Shown in pieces: positions 22,751-35,705 of a stretch of 64,000 nt of DNA (position 1 is the first letter of the stretch; every line of letters starts with the position of its first letter). The translations under genes were made by a program, and so were the position numbers. The stretch spans positions 1-64,000 of the forward strand of contig JAJREF010000003.1 of the NCBI GenBank assembly GCA_047459655.1, read 5' to 3'. Origin of the DNA: Rhabdochlamydiaceae bacterium. Lineage in GTDB: Bacteria; Chlamydiota; Chlamydiia; Chlamydiales; Rhabdochlamydiaceae. The notes beneath the pieces are model-generated. The model worked only from the letters and a program-made list of their open reading frames with translations. It was not told the DNA's origin and did not search any database.

Positions 22751-23850
22751 TTAAAAATCAAAGCGTCCAGAAACTGTAAGTCCGTGCATGTAAATGTCTC
22801 CTATCCAAGAATTCACAAGAGCTGACATCACATTCATTTTGAAGAACGCTTGGAAATCATAGGTTGCCCTAAAGTCAATATGGTATTTCTGATCAGAAAA
22901 ATAAGTTCCCCATCCCAATCCTAGGTCAAGCTCTAAATTAGCTCGGAGTGCGCTGAATTCAGGATTAGCAACAGATTCAAAAGGGGCGAATGCAGTGACT
23001 TTTACGTCTGGTGTACTAGGTGACTGATGCGGGACAGTTTTATTGGATGTGTACCTTGTATATAACAAGCTTCCTGTTCCAGAACCAATAATGCGGAACT
23101 CTTTGTAAAGGAGCCATGCTAAATCTGCTCCTAAGCGGGGCCCTATTCCCCAAAGATGGGAGATGTAGTCGACATCCAATGTAGCAGGAGTAATCCAGTT
23201 TGTACTTGTTGACTTATAGCGTGTGTTTTGGTCTAAGGTGATACCTCGAAGGCCCATCAAAGGGGAAACAATTAGGCGCTTTCCTTCATAAAAGGGACGG
23301 GCTAGACTTAGATCGAATAGATTGAGATAAAATGACCATTTCGTGTGTATGGGTTTATTAGTCGGAGTGTTCCATAAGCTTGTCCAAGACACCTGATCGT
23401 TTGGGGTTCCTATAGTGCCGATGTCATAGTTTGTTGTGATCTCTTCCTTAATGCGCGTCCATTCAAAATCAACTGACCAATTATCAAAGGGGGTATTAAC
23501 TCCAAAGTCTACTTTAAACCCAGGGCGGTAAGCAAATTGGGGACCGAGTGCCCTTCCGGCAAAAATATCAACTACGGAATCTCGGCTGGAAGTATTTCCA
23601 ATGACCGTATTCTTAATTCCGGGGCTTAAAAATTCTTCACTTACATGCCAATAAATAAAGCTAGCATCAACAAAATAATCCCACTTATGCGTGTTAATAG
23701 CGGCAGGGTAATTATAAGCAGGAGGAATGTTTGTATTCTCTAAATCGGATCCTCTTAAGAAAGGATCTGGTGTTGTGGTGGCACCATCTGCAAAGGCCGA
23801 TACGCACGTAAATGTAAGTGCGCTTAATAATAACTTATGTTTTTTTTCAC
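22751..23850 (-). CDS. MOMP-like (Lpg1974-type) outer-membrane beta-barrel; start offset by A-tract
   Basis: Frame open upstream of ORF 22751..23392 through signal peptide (LLLSALTFTCVSAFA), YNYPAAI, DASFIYW, YRPGFKV; WGIGPRLG; ends GRFDF. Confidence 0.85.
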
Positions 23851-24880
23851 GAAATTACCTCTTTTTTCTAGTTTGTTGTTAATGGTGCGATGTTGAGCGG
23901 GGGACATTTGGGTGTTAGACATTTGCTCGCGGCGATGAGAGACAATGTCTTTTGTAAGCGTGATTTGTACTAATCCGGGAACATGGGGTAATTCGTTATC
24001 GATGGGAAGGAAAAGATTGTTTTGTTCGAAAAAGTTTAAAATTTTTTCAATCCCAGAGCGGCGAATGATCATAGAGTAGCAACCAAAGCGCATTCCGATT
24101 TCTGTGCAGAGATCATTCACTGGATAGCGACGTTTATAAAGATCATGGGCGGGAACTCCTGGACGTGGTATTATACTAACTGGATAGATCCTACGGCCGA
24201 AGCTATCTTTTGTTTCAACATCTGTGTATAGGATATCCCATAAGATATCCCTTTGGTCTAAATCAGCAATAATAGCGGATAGAAGATGGGGGTTTTCTAA
24301 AATGTCAGGATCGTCTTCCATGACCCAGATGGTGGAATATCCAGCTTTATAGGCGTCGTATAGGACGGAAAGATGGCTTATCAAGCACCCAATACGCCCA
24401 CGGTTCATCACTGGAGATAGAGGATTTGGTTGAAGATTAGAAAAAACAGTGGAAGGAAGGGTCCATCCATCAACAGCATTAAAACGATAAGGAACAATAT
24501 TATATTTTTGCAGGCTTCGGAGCGAAGCTGTTAATTTGTCCAATCGTTCAGACAAGTTGATCATGTAGATAAAATCAACGCCTGCAATCGGTGTACACAC
24601 TTTATCTTGTTCGCAGGGACGTAGATGATTTTTCCAGTCAGCTTTTAGGGAACTTACAAAAAAAATTGCTGCTAAAAACAAAATAAAAGGAAAGACACCT
24701 CTTCTTAAGGAACCTCTGGACAAGTCATTTCCCGAATCTTGTTGCCAATTTTTGCGAATACTAGATTTTTCGAACTCACGAACATTCTGCATGTTAGCTG
24801 CGTTCTCCAAAATCGTCGTCTTCGAAAAATTGATCAGCAATCTCCGACAAAGCACTTATCCAGAGGCTCCTTAAAATCAT
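23824..24880 (-). CDS. Glycosyltransferase family 25; native start (24880) separated by a MITE
   Basis: IYMINLSER, RFNAVDG, GCLISHL, VMEDD, LPID. Confidence 0.88.
24709..24870. repeat. 162-bp MITE (GGAACCTCTG family)
   Basis: ggaacctctggacaag..cttatccagaggctcc with TTAA TSD; second copy at 38158-38319. Confidence 0.9.
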
Positions 24881-24946
24881 CTTGTTCCGGGATTAAAAAG
24901 CTGGATTCTAATCAAAAATTTAATTCATAGGCAATGTTTTTTTTGC

Positions 24947-26278
24947 CTATCTATCCGGTTTCCAAAAAGAGGATTGTTTAAGCAGGGCTATGATTTCTTT
25001 GGGGTCTTCGAGTTGATGATTGACGGCGAGCCTCTCTGCTTCTTTGAGAAGAAGACCAAGGTGTTTGCCGGGAGGGATACCTTCTTGCATGAGTAGCTCT
25101 GCCGAAACAAGGGGGTGGTGGGATTGAATGCGCTTGATTGCTTTTTCTAAGAGAGATCTTCTTTCTGCGTGCTCTTGTAAAAAAGAGGGTTTTTCAGATG
25201 AGGAGAGGTGGGCTGTCATGATGTCTAGGGCAAGAGAGGCGTGGGGATTTGCATAGAAATGGGCCCATTCAACGAGTTCTAGATTTTCTTGCCAATCTTT
25301 TGGCATGCGTAAGAGTGTTTGAGCATGGTGTAAATATTGGACTAGCTGTTTATCGGGGTTAGAGATTTTTAAATATTCACAGAGTTTAATGAGTTTATCT
25401 GAGGATTGGTTAGGGAAAAGCTCTAAGAGTTCTGCGATGGTAGGGGTGTTTTTAGGAAAGTGCTTGATGGGTGAGACACGCTTTTCGACTTCTTCTGAAG
25501 AAATGCCTGCAAGGTCGGGAAAAATGGTGGGCAGTAAGTTTAATTGATGGAGCGTGACAAGGCCTTGATCAAAATGGGAAAAAAGGGACATCTTTTTAAA
25601 CTCTAGAAAGATGCGCTCAATAGCAACGGAAGGGAATAAACTGGTTGCGTGCGCTAAGATAGCTGCGGTGGTTGCTGGATCAATGGGAAAATTAAAGCGG
25701 GTGGAGTAGCGGACAGCGCGCATCATGCGGAGTCTATCTTCTAGGAAGCGCTCATGGGGATCTCCGATTGCTTTAATGATTCCTTTTTCGATGTCAGCTT
25801 TTCCTCCAACATAGTCGTAAATTTTTTCTTTCAAAGGGTCGTAGAAGAGGCCGTTGATTGTAAAGTCTCTGCGTTTGGCGTCTTCTTCAGGTGTTGCGGG
25901 ATTAATTCCTTGGGGCCGCCTTCCGTCAAGTGTTGGGCCATCTGTCCGAAATGTTGCAACTTCAAATTGATGGCTATTTTCTACGACGATGATAATCCCA
26001 AAAGCAATCCCTACGGGAATGGTTTTGGGAAAGAGTTTGGCTACTTCTTCGACCGAAGCTGAGGTGGCAATGTCAATATCATCGGAAGGGTGTTGCATTA
26101 AAAAATCGCGCACCCATCCTCCAGCAAAATAGGCAATATAGCCAGCACCTTGGAGTTTTTTATAATGCGTGTAGCAGTGGGCAATTGGGGCATTTAGATA
26201 GCATACAAAAACTCCTATTTTTTGGTACCATAATCGGATTATGAGTTTGATACAGATTTTATCCAATGAGACAATCAA
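24947..26278 (-). CDS. CCA-adding enzyme / poly(A) polymerase family (true start likely ~26200)
   Basis: AGGWVRD, DIDIAT, RRDFTING, EDRLRMMRAVR. Confidence 0.93.
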   Translation of the reverse strand: MIVSLDKICIKLIIRLWYQKIGVFVCYLNAPIAHCYTHYKKLQGAGYIAYFAGGWVRDFLMQHPSDDIDIATSASVEEVAKLFPKTIPVGIAFGIIIVVENSHQFEVATFRTDGPTLDGRRPQGINPATPEEDAKRRDFTINGLFYDPLKEKIYDYVGGKADIEKGIIKAIGDPHERFLEDRLRMMRAVRYSTRFNFPIDPATTAAILAHATSLFPSVAIERIFLEFKKMSLFSHFDQGLVTLHQLNLLPTIFPDLAGISSEEVEKRVSPIKHFPKNTPTIAELLELFPNQSSDKLIKLCEYLKISNPDKQLVQYLHHAQTLLRMPKDWQENLELVEWAHFYANPHASLALDIMTAHLSSSEKPSFLQEHAERRSLLEKAIKRIQSHHPLVSAELLMQEGIPPGKHLGLLLKEAERLAVNHQLEDPKEIIALLKQSSFWKPDR

Positions 26279-27898
26279 TCGTATTGCTGCCGGAGAAGCG
26301 ATAGAGAGCCCTGCATCTGTTGTGAAAGAGCTGGTAGAAAATGCGATAGATGCGGGATCAAAGCGTATTTTTGTAGAAATTAAAGAAGGAGGGTTTCAGC
26401 TCATCCGGGTGATTGATAATGGGTGTGGGATGGGTCCTGATGATGCGCTTCTTTCATTAGAGAGGCATGCGACTTCTAAAATCCGGCAAGCAGAGGATCT
26501 ATCATCACTTATGACAATGGGGTTTCGGGGTGAGGCCCTTGCTTCTATTGCTGCAATTTCTAAACTATCACTCACAACGGCAGTGAGCGATGCTCCCGGG
26601 ACAAAGGTGGAATGTGAAGGAGGTAGAGTTCTTTCACTGGCTCCTTTTCCGAGACGTCCTGGCACAACCATCGACGTGCGTTCCCTTTTTTATAATGTTC
26701 CTGCCCGTAAGAAATTTCAGAAATCATCGGCTGCAGCGACTGCAGATGTGCATCGCCTTTTGATTGCGCTTGCACTAGCTCACCCCGAAATTACGTTTGA
26801 GTTTGTAAGTCAGGAGAAAGAGGTCTTTTCTTTTGCGGGCAATATGGAACAGGTTTTACGAATACGAGAAGTGTTCGGAGGGGAGTTTGTAAAAGAGATG
26901 AAGGCTCTCGATGTTCAAATAGGAGAGTATCGCATCAAAGGTTATCTTGCCTCTCCTGCGCAGTCAAGATTAAACAAAACAGGGCAGTATACATTTATCA
27001 ATCGAAGATCAGTTGTCGCTCCTCTGATTTCTTTTGCTGTAAAAGAGGGATACGGGATGCGCCTTGATGGTGATCGCTACCCTGTCTATATTTTACATCT
27101 AGATATTCCTCCGAGTGTAGTGGATGTGAATGTCCATCCTCAGAAAAGGGAAGTGCGTTTTCAGCAAGAGGCATTTTTAAAACAACTGGTGAAAGAGCAG
27201 ATAGAGAAATCGTTTCACGCTTCTATACCTACGCAATCGGTTTCTTTTTCTCCTGAAATTAAGAGGGATGTTTTTGCAGAGTGGTCTTCTACGTTGATGT
27301 TAAGAGAAACAGGTGATGAGGAGAAGGTCTCTTTTTTTCCTGTAAACCTGAACTACAGTTAATCGGTCTTTTTCAACACTACCTCCTTTTACAATTAGAA
27401 GGTCTAGAGTCGTTTGTTGGAAAAAAAGAAGAAGGGGGAGTTATATGGATAGATTTACTTGCTGCTGAGGAGAAAGTCACTTTTGATTCCTTAGCTCGAA
27501 AAGGGGGAGATACCCTTTCTCAAGGACTTTTGATCCCTGTAGCAGTTGATCTTGCGCGGGATGAAGCAATAGAAATCGAAAAAAGGCTTCCAGAGATGGA
27601 AAAGATGGGTTTTGGAGTCCGTCTTGTTGGGAAGCAGGCATTTATTGTAGAAGCAATTCCCCCTTTCCTTTCTGCTCAAGAGATCCCTGATGTTCTACGT
27701 TCTCTAGCTGGAGAAAAAGAAGAAGGGTACCAGGTTGTTGCAAAATTTGCTAGGAGGAGAAAAAAATCTTTTGTGCTACAAGAAGCTTTAGCCCTTGCGG
27801 AGAAAATTTTGCAACTACCTGCTCCTCAGTTAACGCCTTCTGGGGCTCCTATTATTGCAATCGTGAGCAACAATGATATTAAAAAACTGTTTCAGTGA
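26241..27898 (+). CDS. mutL: DNA mismatch repair protein MutL, frameshift near 27335
   Basis: IAAGEAIESPASVVKELVENAIDAG, GFRGEAL, DVNVHPQK; C-terminal domain in next frame. Confidence 0.95.
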
Positions 27899-28923
27899 AC
27901 GTATAGAAAGGTTCCAAACACTTTTGAGAAAAGAGAAGGTGGAAGGATGTATAGTTGATAATCCCATCGATCTTTTTTATCTCACGGGATTAAACCTCTC
28001 TTTGGGGAGGCTTGTTGTTACGACAAAGGGGGCTACTCTTTTTGTCGACGGAAGATATTTTCACATGTGCCAGCAAAATGGATGTGTCAATGTCGAAAAA
28101 AGTTCTCAAGAAGGGCTTAAGAAGTTTTTGAAAGAGCTCAAAACGCTTGCTTTTGATAGCGCTTACACGTCTGTTGATCAGTATGATAGTCTGCAAAAAC
28201 TCTTTCCTAAGAAATTAAAGAAAATTCCAAATCCCTTAAAAAACATCCGTGTGGTCAAAGATGCAGATGAATTAAAGGCATTAAAGAGGTCAGCAGATCT
28301 TTTGTGGAAGGGTTTTTTGTATATCCGCAAGATTTTGAAAGAGGGTGTGACAGAAAAGGTCGTTGCGAAAAAATTCGAGATGTATTGTTTATCGCATGGA
28401 GCTACAGGACTTGCCTTTGAGCCCATCATTGCTTTTGGAGAAGGAAGCGCGATGCCTCATTATAGACCAGGATTGAGGCGTTTAAAGAAAAGGGGATATA
28501 ATATTGATAGATATTGGAGTTGTCGTAGATAGGTACAACTCTGACATGACGCGTGTTTTATATTACGGCAAGAAAAACTCCCAACTTGTAGCAATGGAAA
28601 AGGTGGTAAAAAGAGCGCATAAGGCAGCGCTTGCTTTATGCCGTCCTGGAACAAAATTAAAAAATCTCGATCTGGCAGCAAGACTGGAGATGAAGAAGGC
28701 GGGGATGGAAGATTTATTTGTCCATAGCCTTGGTCATGGCGTTGGATTAGAGATTCATGAGTTTCCCAGGATCCGAAAAGAAGGCGCAGATCAAGATGTT
28801 GTTTTAGAGCCCGGCATGGTTATTACAATTGAACCAGGCCTCTACTTACCAGGAGTTGGAGGAATTCGGCATGAAGATACGATCGTGATCACTCCTAAAG
28901 GATATACAAACTTTTATGATTAA
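27873..28923 (+). CDS. pepP: Xaa-Pro aminopeptidase (M24), frameshift near 28490
   Basis: DGRY, PHY, IDIG..SDMTR, HSLGHGVGLEIHE, IEPGLY, GIRHED. Confidence 0.93.
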
Positions 28924-30713
28924 CACTTTCAAGAGATGGAGCTTTAGAAAAAAGATCTTTTTTACACAGAGCGCCTTCTTTGTGTTTTTCATGTTGGTTG
29001 TTTTTCCAATTGCAAGGAAGGCAGTTCATCAAATTGTTCAAAATTCTCTAGAAGAAACATCGGCTGACCTCATTATCGAATTAAAAAAACAAAAAGATGA
29101 AGCAGGGATGATTGATTATCTTAAGAATCAAGACCCGTTTGTTTTTTTTAATGTTGGGCTCATAAATGACCAGTACCAGCTGATCTATGATGTCTACTTA
29201 GTCAAACAGCTCAAAGATCAGTTTGAACCTTTACACCCGACATCCCACGTAGAAGTGACAGAAGCCTTTACAAAAGGGAAGGGGTACGATATCGGATGGT
29301 CAGAGATTTTTGATCGTAAGCTGGCCTATGTTGCTATTCGCTTTGATTTTAAAGGCAAAGTCTATGTCTTGCGCACAGCTTTTCCTTATTCTCAAGTAGA
29401 GATATTAGTGAGTAATTTTCAGCTTGGAATGTTTATATTTGAGGTCCTGTTTCTAGTGGTGTTCACATTGATCACATGGTGGATTTTTGTGCGGTTTAGC
29501 AGGCCTATACAAGAGATCATTGAAGCAATTAGACCATACCGTGAAGGGGCTGTCCAAACAGTCCCTAGAATTGTGCTGAAAAACCCATTTAGTACTGATT
29601 TTAAACAGCTTGCCTCTACGTTGAATTCTCTATCTGAAAAAGTGCAGAGACAAATCGAGAGTGTTTTGGAGGAAAAAAATGAAAAAGAGACAATCCTTGA
29701 AACACTCGTTGAAGGAGTGATTGCAGTCGATAAAACAGGTGTTGTCCGTTATCTCAATTTTACAGCTAGCAAAATGCTTGGAATTTCTCAGAAGCAGCTC
29801 CTTGAGCATCTTTTCTTAGCTCACAAAGAGACGCCTCGTTCTGATCTTTTAGAAAAGTGCCAGGCGCTTCTATCTATTGCTCAAAAAGAGCGTGTTATTT
29901 CGATGGATTCTATTTTTTCAAGAAGAAGAAAAAAAACAGTACCTTGATCTTATTGTGTCACCTAAAAAAGATGGACTAGGTGCTGTGATTGTCCTTCAGG
30001 ACAAAACAAATCACTATAAGGTTTTAGAAATGGGAAAAGAGTTTGTAGCTAACGCTTCCCATGAGCTTCGAACGCCAATTACGATCATTAAGGGTTTTGC
30101 GGAAACACTTCAAGAGATGCCCAATATCTCTCCTGAGCTCTTTGCTGATATCATAGAAAAAATTGTGCGCAACTGTGAGCGGATGGATATGCTGGTTAAA
30201 AACTTGCTCACATTAGCAGATATCGAAAACCTTTCAGAAAGTAGGTTCCAAGCGTGCGATATAGATCGGGTAATTGTCAATTGCAAGGATAATCTACTCT
30301 CACTCCATCCCGATATAAAGCTAGAGGTGCACACTCCTCAAAGTAAAATCACTTTACCTATCGATCCTGATTTGATTGAAATGGCTCTCATGAATATTCT
30401 TGAAAATGCAGTGAAATACTCCCCTCCTCCTGCACATGTTATTTTGGAAGTAGAAGAAAAGGAACAGAACATTGAAATCAAGGTGTCTGATCATGGTATT
30501 GGTATTACACTCCCAGACCAAGAACATATTTTTGAGCGGTTTTACACCGTCAACAAATCACACGCACGTAAGCTTGGAGGAGCGGGGCTAGGGCTTGCGA
30601 TTGTAAAAACAATCATTCAGAAGCATCAAGGATCAATTTCCGTTACCTCTACTCTTGGCAAAGGGACCACCTTTACCATTATTCTTCCTAAAAGAAGAGG
30701 GTCAATGGCGTAA
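28916..30713 (+). CDS. PhoR-like sensor histidine kinase, frameshift near 29915
   Basis: Two TMs, HAMP/PAS-like region, FVANASHELRTP, NAVKYS, DHGIG, GAGLGL. Confidence 0.92.
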
Positions 30714-31535
30714 GATCATTTGATTGTTATCATCAACGGAGGCGGTTTGCTTTCCCTTTTTCGTGTGTTTGAAGTGAAAGATTTTTTGGAGATATTCTCT
30801 TTCCTCTACATCTGCTACGTGCTTAGTTAAAAGATCTTTTAATTTTTCTTTCTTAAGAGGTTTGTTTTCGACTGTTTCTTCATTTTCAATGATTTGCATG
30901 AGGGAAGAACCAACAAGTGCTTCTAAGACAGGCTGGGCAATGTCTCGGTATGAGAGCTGCTTGTCTGTAGCTGTAAAGCTGCAATAGTCTGTAAGAGCGG
31001 GGTAGCCTTTGTCTGTTCCCACTTCATATGAGCTCGTTCCTTTGAGCATTTTATATAGAGTAGGATCGTTTTGAAATAGTTCGGAAAGAGTTTTTTTTCC
31101 TCTTGTTAAGAGAGCATTAACTACCTGATATTCGAGGCCTTCTTGGTAAAAAGGAGCATGCTCATATAAGGCCTTGATCAGTCTTACAGCTATTTTATAT
31201 TGGATGTCTTTTGCAGAAACTTCTGGGGCATGGAATGAAGTTAGATCTAGTTTTTGTTCTTCGTAACAACACTTATCCTTTCTAAAATAGGTGGAGGAGC
31301 GGCTTTGTGCAGGCTCTTCTTCTTCTTTCATATGTTTTATGGCTTCTTGCTTGAGTGATTTGGGAAGCCTTGCGTATGCAGTTTTAGCGGAGTGGGAGTA
31401 GGTTTCATGCATTGACTGAAAAAAATTATGGGCGGCTAGAGAGTATAAAAAAGTAGACTGTTTTCTATCAGAAGCGTAATTGAAGGCAAGAGCCATGATG
31501 ATCAAGAAGGAAAAAAGAAAAGGAAGGATGTTCAT
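30702..31535 (-). CDS. Hypothetical N-terminally anchored protein, possible T2SS pseudopilin-cluster member
   Basis: 277-aa ORF with N-terminal TM, coupled to upstream pseudopilin-like gene. Confidence 0.55.
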   Translation of the reverse strand: MNILPFLFSFLIIMALAFNYASDRKQSTFLYSLAAHNFFQSMHETYSHSAKTAYARLPKSLKQEAIKHMKEEEEPAQSRSSTYFRKDKCCYEEQKLDLTSFHAPEVSAKDIQYKIAVRLIKALYEHAPFYQEGLEYQVVNALLTRGKKTLSELFQNDPTLYKMLKGTSSYEVGTDKGYPALTDYCSFTATDKQLSYRDIAQPVLEALVGSSLMQIIENEETVENKPLKKEKLKDLLTKHVADVEEREYLQKIFHFKHTKKGKQTASVDDNNQMILRH

Positions 31536-32098
31536 GTTTGTTTAATCCAAAATGGGAATTCAATTTTTCCTTTTTGGGGACATCGATCGTGATTTTAAGC
31601 ATACGCCGTTCAAGGTCAGGTAGCTTTTCGTTAAAAATATCTGGAACCCACTCTTTTATTCCTAGTGGTGATTGGGCATCTAAGAGCTCAAAAGAAATGG
31701 TAGCATGTTTATCTATTTTTAATAGTATTTCTTGTTTAATTTTTTCTTTTGCGTAGGTTGTTAGGACCAAGTTATTCTCAATACGGTGCAGGAGGGTCAA
31801 ACACTTTCCTTGGAATGCACGGTCTCGATCTAAATCATGTGTGTATTCTAACACAAGTGAATTGCCATCTACCCAGCATTTATCGAGGTGGTTAAAAATC
31901 TGGGCTAACCTGGAGTAAAAACGCTGACGTCCGAAGACAATCTGCTTGGTTTGCTCAACTTTATTTTGTAAAAGATTGAACTGCCTTTGGATTTCAAATA
32001 ATCCCCCAATCAGAAGGGCTGCTAATAAGAACCCTATAATGATTTCAATAAGGGTAATAGATTTTTTTGTAAGATCTAAGGTGTTTGGATGGATTCAT
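31468..32098 (-). CDS. Pseudopilin-like protein (prepilin-type N-terminus)
   Basis: In frame upstream of ORF 31468..31854: KKSITLIEIIIGFLLAALLIGGL; ATG at 32098 is off-frame across an A7 run. Confidence 0.6.
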
Positions 32099-32246
32099 AT
32101 AGGAGGTTATACCATTTAGGAAAAATAATTAATACCAGAGTTGTGTAGGGGATGTTTAAAAAAATATATATAATCCTTAGCAATTTTTGCATTTACACTC
32201 CATCTATGGTGGGGTATAATGGGGCCCATTTTAATATAGGGCAAGG

Positions 32247-33680
32247 ATGTCATCACAGGAAATGCTACAGTCGGATTATAAATATGGGTTCGTGACAAAT
32301 ATAGAATCGGAAGCGATCCCTAAAGGGCTAACAGAAGAGACTGTTCGCTTGATTTCGTCCAAAAAGAATGAGCCCGAGTTTCTGCTCAATTTTCGTCTGA
32401 AGGCTTTTCGTAAATGGCAAACAATGGCAGAGCCTACCTGGGGCAATGTTAATTACCCTCCGATCGATTATCAAGATATTTGTTACTACTCTGCTCCTAA
32501 GAAAAAACAACAGCTCAGCAGCTTGGATGAGGTCGATCCAGAGATTTTACGGACATTTACAAAACTAGGGATCCCTCTAGATGAACAGAAGCAGTTAGCT
32601 AATGTGGCTGTCGATGTCGTATTTGATTCTGTCTCTTTAGGAACAACATTTCAAAAAGAACTAAAAAAAGCAGGTGTCGTTTTGTGCTCTATTTCAGAGG
32701 CAATTCACACTTATCCAGAGTTAATAGAAAAGTATTTAGGAACGGTTGTTCCTATTGGGGATAATTTTTTTGCGGCCTTGAATTCAGCAGTGTTTAGCGA
32801 CGGATCTTTTGTGTATATTCCTAAAGGCGTTAAGAGTCCCATGGAGCTATCGACATATTTTAGAATCAACGACAAAGAGACGGGGCAGTTTGAAAGGACG
32901 CTCATTATTGCAGAAGATGATTCTTATGTGAGTTATCTCGAGGGATGTACAGCGCCTGCTTATGATAGAAATCAATTACATGCAGCGGTTGTAGAACTCG
33001 TTGCACTCGATAGAGCAGAGATTAAGTACTCGACAGTGCAAAACTGGTATGCGGGGGATCCAAAAACAGGTGTAGGTGGCATTTACAATTTTGTAACCAA
33101 GCGAGGTAAATGTGTCGGCGTTCGCTCTAAAATTTGTTGGACACAGGTAGAGGCGGGTGCAGCCATCACATGGAAATACCCTGGTTGTATCTTGCAAGGA
33201 GATGAGTCGATGGGGGAGTTTTACTCGGTAGCGCTCACCAATGGAAAGATGCAAGCAGATACAGGAACAAAGATGATTCACCTCGGAAAAAACACGCGCT
33301 CGACTATCATTTCGAAGGGGATTTCAGCCGATCAGTCACACAATACTTATAGAGGCCTTGTCAAGATTGTTCCAAGGGCAGAAGGAGCGCGGAATTACAC
33401 CCAGTGTGATTCTATGCTTGTCGGGAATCAATGTTCTGCAAATACCTTTCCCTACATAGAAGTGGCTGGAAAAAGCAGTCAGTTAGAACATGAAGCATCA
33501 ACCTCGAAAATGAACGAAGATCAACTCTTTTATTTACAATCCCGGGGGATATCTAGAGAAGATGCGATCAATTTGGTTGTGAGTGGTTTTTGCAAAGATG
33601 TCATTAAAGAGCTTCCTCTAGAGTTTGCTGTGGAAGCACAAAAACTCTTGGCCCTGAAGTTAGAAAATTCTGTAGGATAA
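32247..33680 (+). CDS. sufB: Fe-S cluster assembly protein SufB
   Basis: [43 protein letters not shown]. Confidence 0.98.
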   Translation: MSSQEMLQSDYKYGFVTNIESEAIPKGLTEETVRLISSKKNEPEFLLNFRLKAFRKWQTMAEPTWGNVNYPPIDYQDICYYSAPKKKQQLSSLDEVDPEILRTFTKLGIPLDEQKQLANVAVDVVFDSVSLGTTFQKELKKAGVVLCSISEAIHTYPELIEKYLGTVVPIGDNFFAALNSAVFSDGSFVYIPKGVKSPMELSTYFRINDKETGQFERTLIIAEDDSYVSYLEGCTAPAYDRNQLHAAVVELVALDRAEIKYSTVQNWYAGDPKTGVGGIYNFVTKRGKCVGVRSKICWTQVEAGAAITWKYPGCILQGDESMGEFYSVALTNGKMQADTGTKMIHLGKNTRSTIISKGISADQSHNTYRGLVKIVPRAEGARNYTQCDSMLVGNQCSANTFPYIEVAGKSSQLEHEASTSKMNEDQLFYLQSRGISREDAINLVVSGFCKDVIKELPLEFAVEAQKLLALKLENSVG

Positions 33681-33682
33681 TT

Positions 33683-34428
33683 ATGTTAAATATTAAAAAT
33701 CTCGAAGTGTCTATTGATGGTAAGCCGATTTTAAAAGGGTTCTCACTCAAGGTCTGTGCAGGAGAAATCCATGCGATCATGGGACCTAATGGTGCTGGGA
33801 AATCGACCCTTGCTAAAGTTTTAGCTGGGCATCCTGATTATGAAATCACAGCTGGAGAAGTGTGGCTGGATGACCGTAACTTACTAGAGCTTGCACCGGA
33901 AGAAAGAGCTCACAGGGGGCTTTTCATGGGTTTCCAATACCCCTTAGAAATTGCAGGGTTGACCAACTTTCAGTTTTTACATGCTTCTTACAATGCTTTG
34001 CAAAAAAGCAAAGAGCAAAAGACTCTCTCAGAAGAAGAATTTAATACACTCCTGGATGAGAAAATGTCTATTGCTGAGATTAAAGGGAGTTTTAAAACGC
34101 GCAATCTCAACGAAGGCTTTTCAGGAGGAGAAAAAAGAGAAATGAGATTCTCCAAATGGCTGTGTTAGATCCTAAAATTGCCATTCTAGATGAGACCGAT
34201 TCAGGTCTTGATATTGACGCAATGAAAGTGGTTGCTGAAGGGGTAAATCGTCTTCAAGGAAAGGATAAGGCGCTGATTTTAATCACCCACTATCAACGTC
34301 TTTTAGATTACATCCGTCCTGATTTTGTGCATGTTGTAATCGATGGGAAAATCGAGTTATCCGGAGGCCCAGAGCTCGCTCTTAAACTGGAAGAAAAAGG
34401 GTATGATTGGCTAACAGGTAAAACATGA
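33683..34428 (+). CDS. sufC: Fe-S cluster assembly ATPase SufC, frameshift near 34135
   Basis: [38 protein letters not shown]. Confidence 0.96.
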
Positions 34429-35705
34429 TAGTGTCTACTGATTTCGAAGCATTTTATTCCAATATGACGTCTCTTCTTGCACAAGTCAAAGAGGCGCTAC
34501 CTTTAAAGGTTTTAAGAGAGCGAGCTTTTGATCATTTTTTGGAGTTAGGACTTCCTGAAAAAAGTGGTGGGGCTTTCCAATATGTTCCCCTCAAGGCTCT
34601 CTGTAAAGACACCTTTTCTGTCACGCACTCTCACAGCTTTTCGAAAGAAGAGATAGAGATGTTGATTTATCCAGAGGCAAAAGACTCCTGCCTTGTGTTT
34701 GTCAATGGTTTTTTTGATCCCACACTTTCTCAGTTGAGTGCCCTTCCTAAACAAGTCGTCGTGATGCCTTTGGGAGAGGCGATGCGCTCTTACGGGACCT
34801 TTTTACAAAATAGATGGAGTAAAACGCTCCGTGAAGATACAGATCCTTTTGCTATCCTTAATCTTGCTCTTCATCCTCAAGGCGCTTTCATCTATGTCCC
34901 TCCGAAAGTTGTTTGCACCACTCCTATACAATGTTTATTTCTCACAACAGATGGTGGCCAGCTCTCTTTGCCACGGCTACAATTATTTGTAGCCTCTCAC
35001 GCAGAGATCAAACTCATTACCTCAGCGACAGGCCCGGGCTTTTCAAATAGCGTGATCGATGTTGCGCTCGAAGATAGTGCTAGATTTTCCTGCCTCGAGG
35101 TCTCTTCTTCTATTGAAGGGCGTAGTTTTTCTGCTGTAAAAGCTACTTTGAAAAGAGATAGTTATTTATCTGCACTCACGCTTTATCCTCGGAGAGAACT
35201 CACAAGGCATAGTTTTCAAATAGCATTGATAGGAGAGAATGCAGAAGCACTTGTCCAAGGTGGCTGGATGCTGAAAGGAAAAGAAGAGACCCATGTCCAC
35301 GTTCTTATGAGACATGAAGCTCCTTCATGTCGGTCAATGCAAAAGTTTAAAGGTGTATTGGACGATGTATCTCGGTCAAGTTTTGAAGGGAAAATTTTTG
35401 TCACTCCAGATGCACAAAAAACAGAAGCTTACCAGCTCAATAATAATCTTATTTTAGGAGAGCATGCAGTAGCCAATAGCAAGCCTAACTTAGAAATCTT
35501 CGCAGATGATGTCAAAGCCTCACACGGTGCTACTGTATCTGAGCTTGATTGTGAGCAACTCTTTTACTTAACAAGTAGAGGCATTCCGCGCGATGTTGCA
35601 AAAAATCTACTGGTACAAGGTTTTATTGGAGAGCTGATCCAGCAAGCAGTCTATCCTTCCATCATCCATCAGGAGCTTACCCATGTTAAAAACTCCTTCT
35701 TGTAG
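34425..35705 (+). CDS. sufD: Fe-S cluster assembly protein SufD
   Basis: [34 protein letters not shown]. Confidence 0.96.
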   Translation: MIVSTDFEAFYSNMTSLLAQVKEALPLKVLRERAFDHFLELGLPEKSGGAFQYVPLKALCKDTFSVTHSHSFSKEEIEMLIYPEAKDSCLVFVNGFFDPTLSQLSALPKQVVVMPLGEAMRSYGTFLQNRWSKTLREDTDPFAILNLALHPQGAFIYVPPKVVCTTPIQCLFLTTDGGQLSLPRLQLFVASHAEIKLITSATGPGFSNSVIDVALEDSARFSCLEVSSSIEGRSFSAVKATLKRDSYLSALTLYPRRELTRHSFQIALIGENAEALVQGGWMLKGKEETHVHVLMRHEAPSCRSMQKFKGVLDDVSRSSFEGKIFVTPDAQKTEAYQLNNNLILGEHAVANSKPNLEIFADDVKASHGATVSELDCEQLFYLTSRGIPRDVAKNLLVQGFIGELIQQAVYPSIIHQELTHVKNSFL

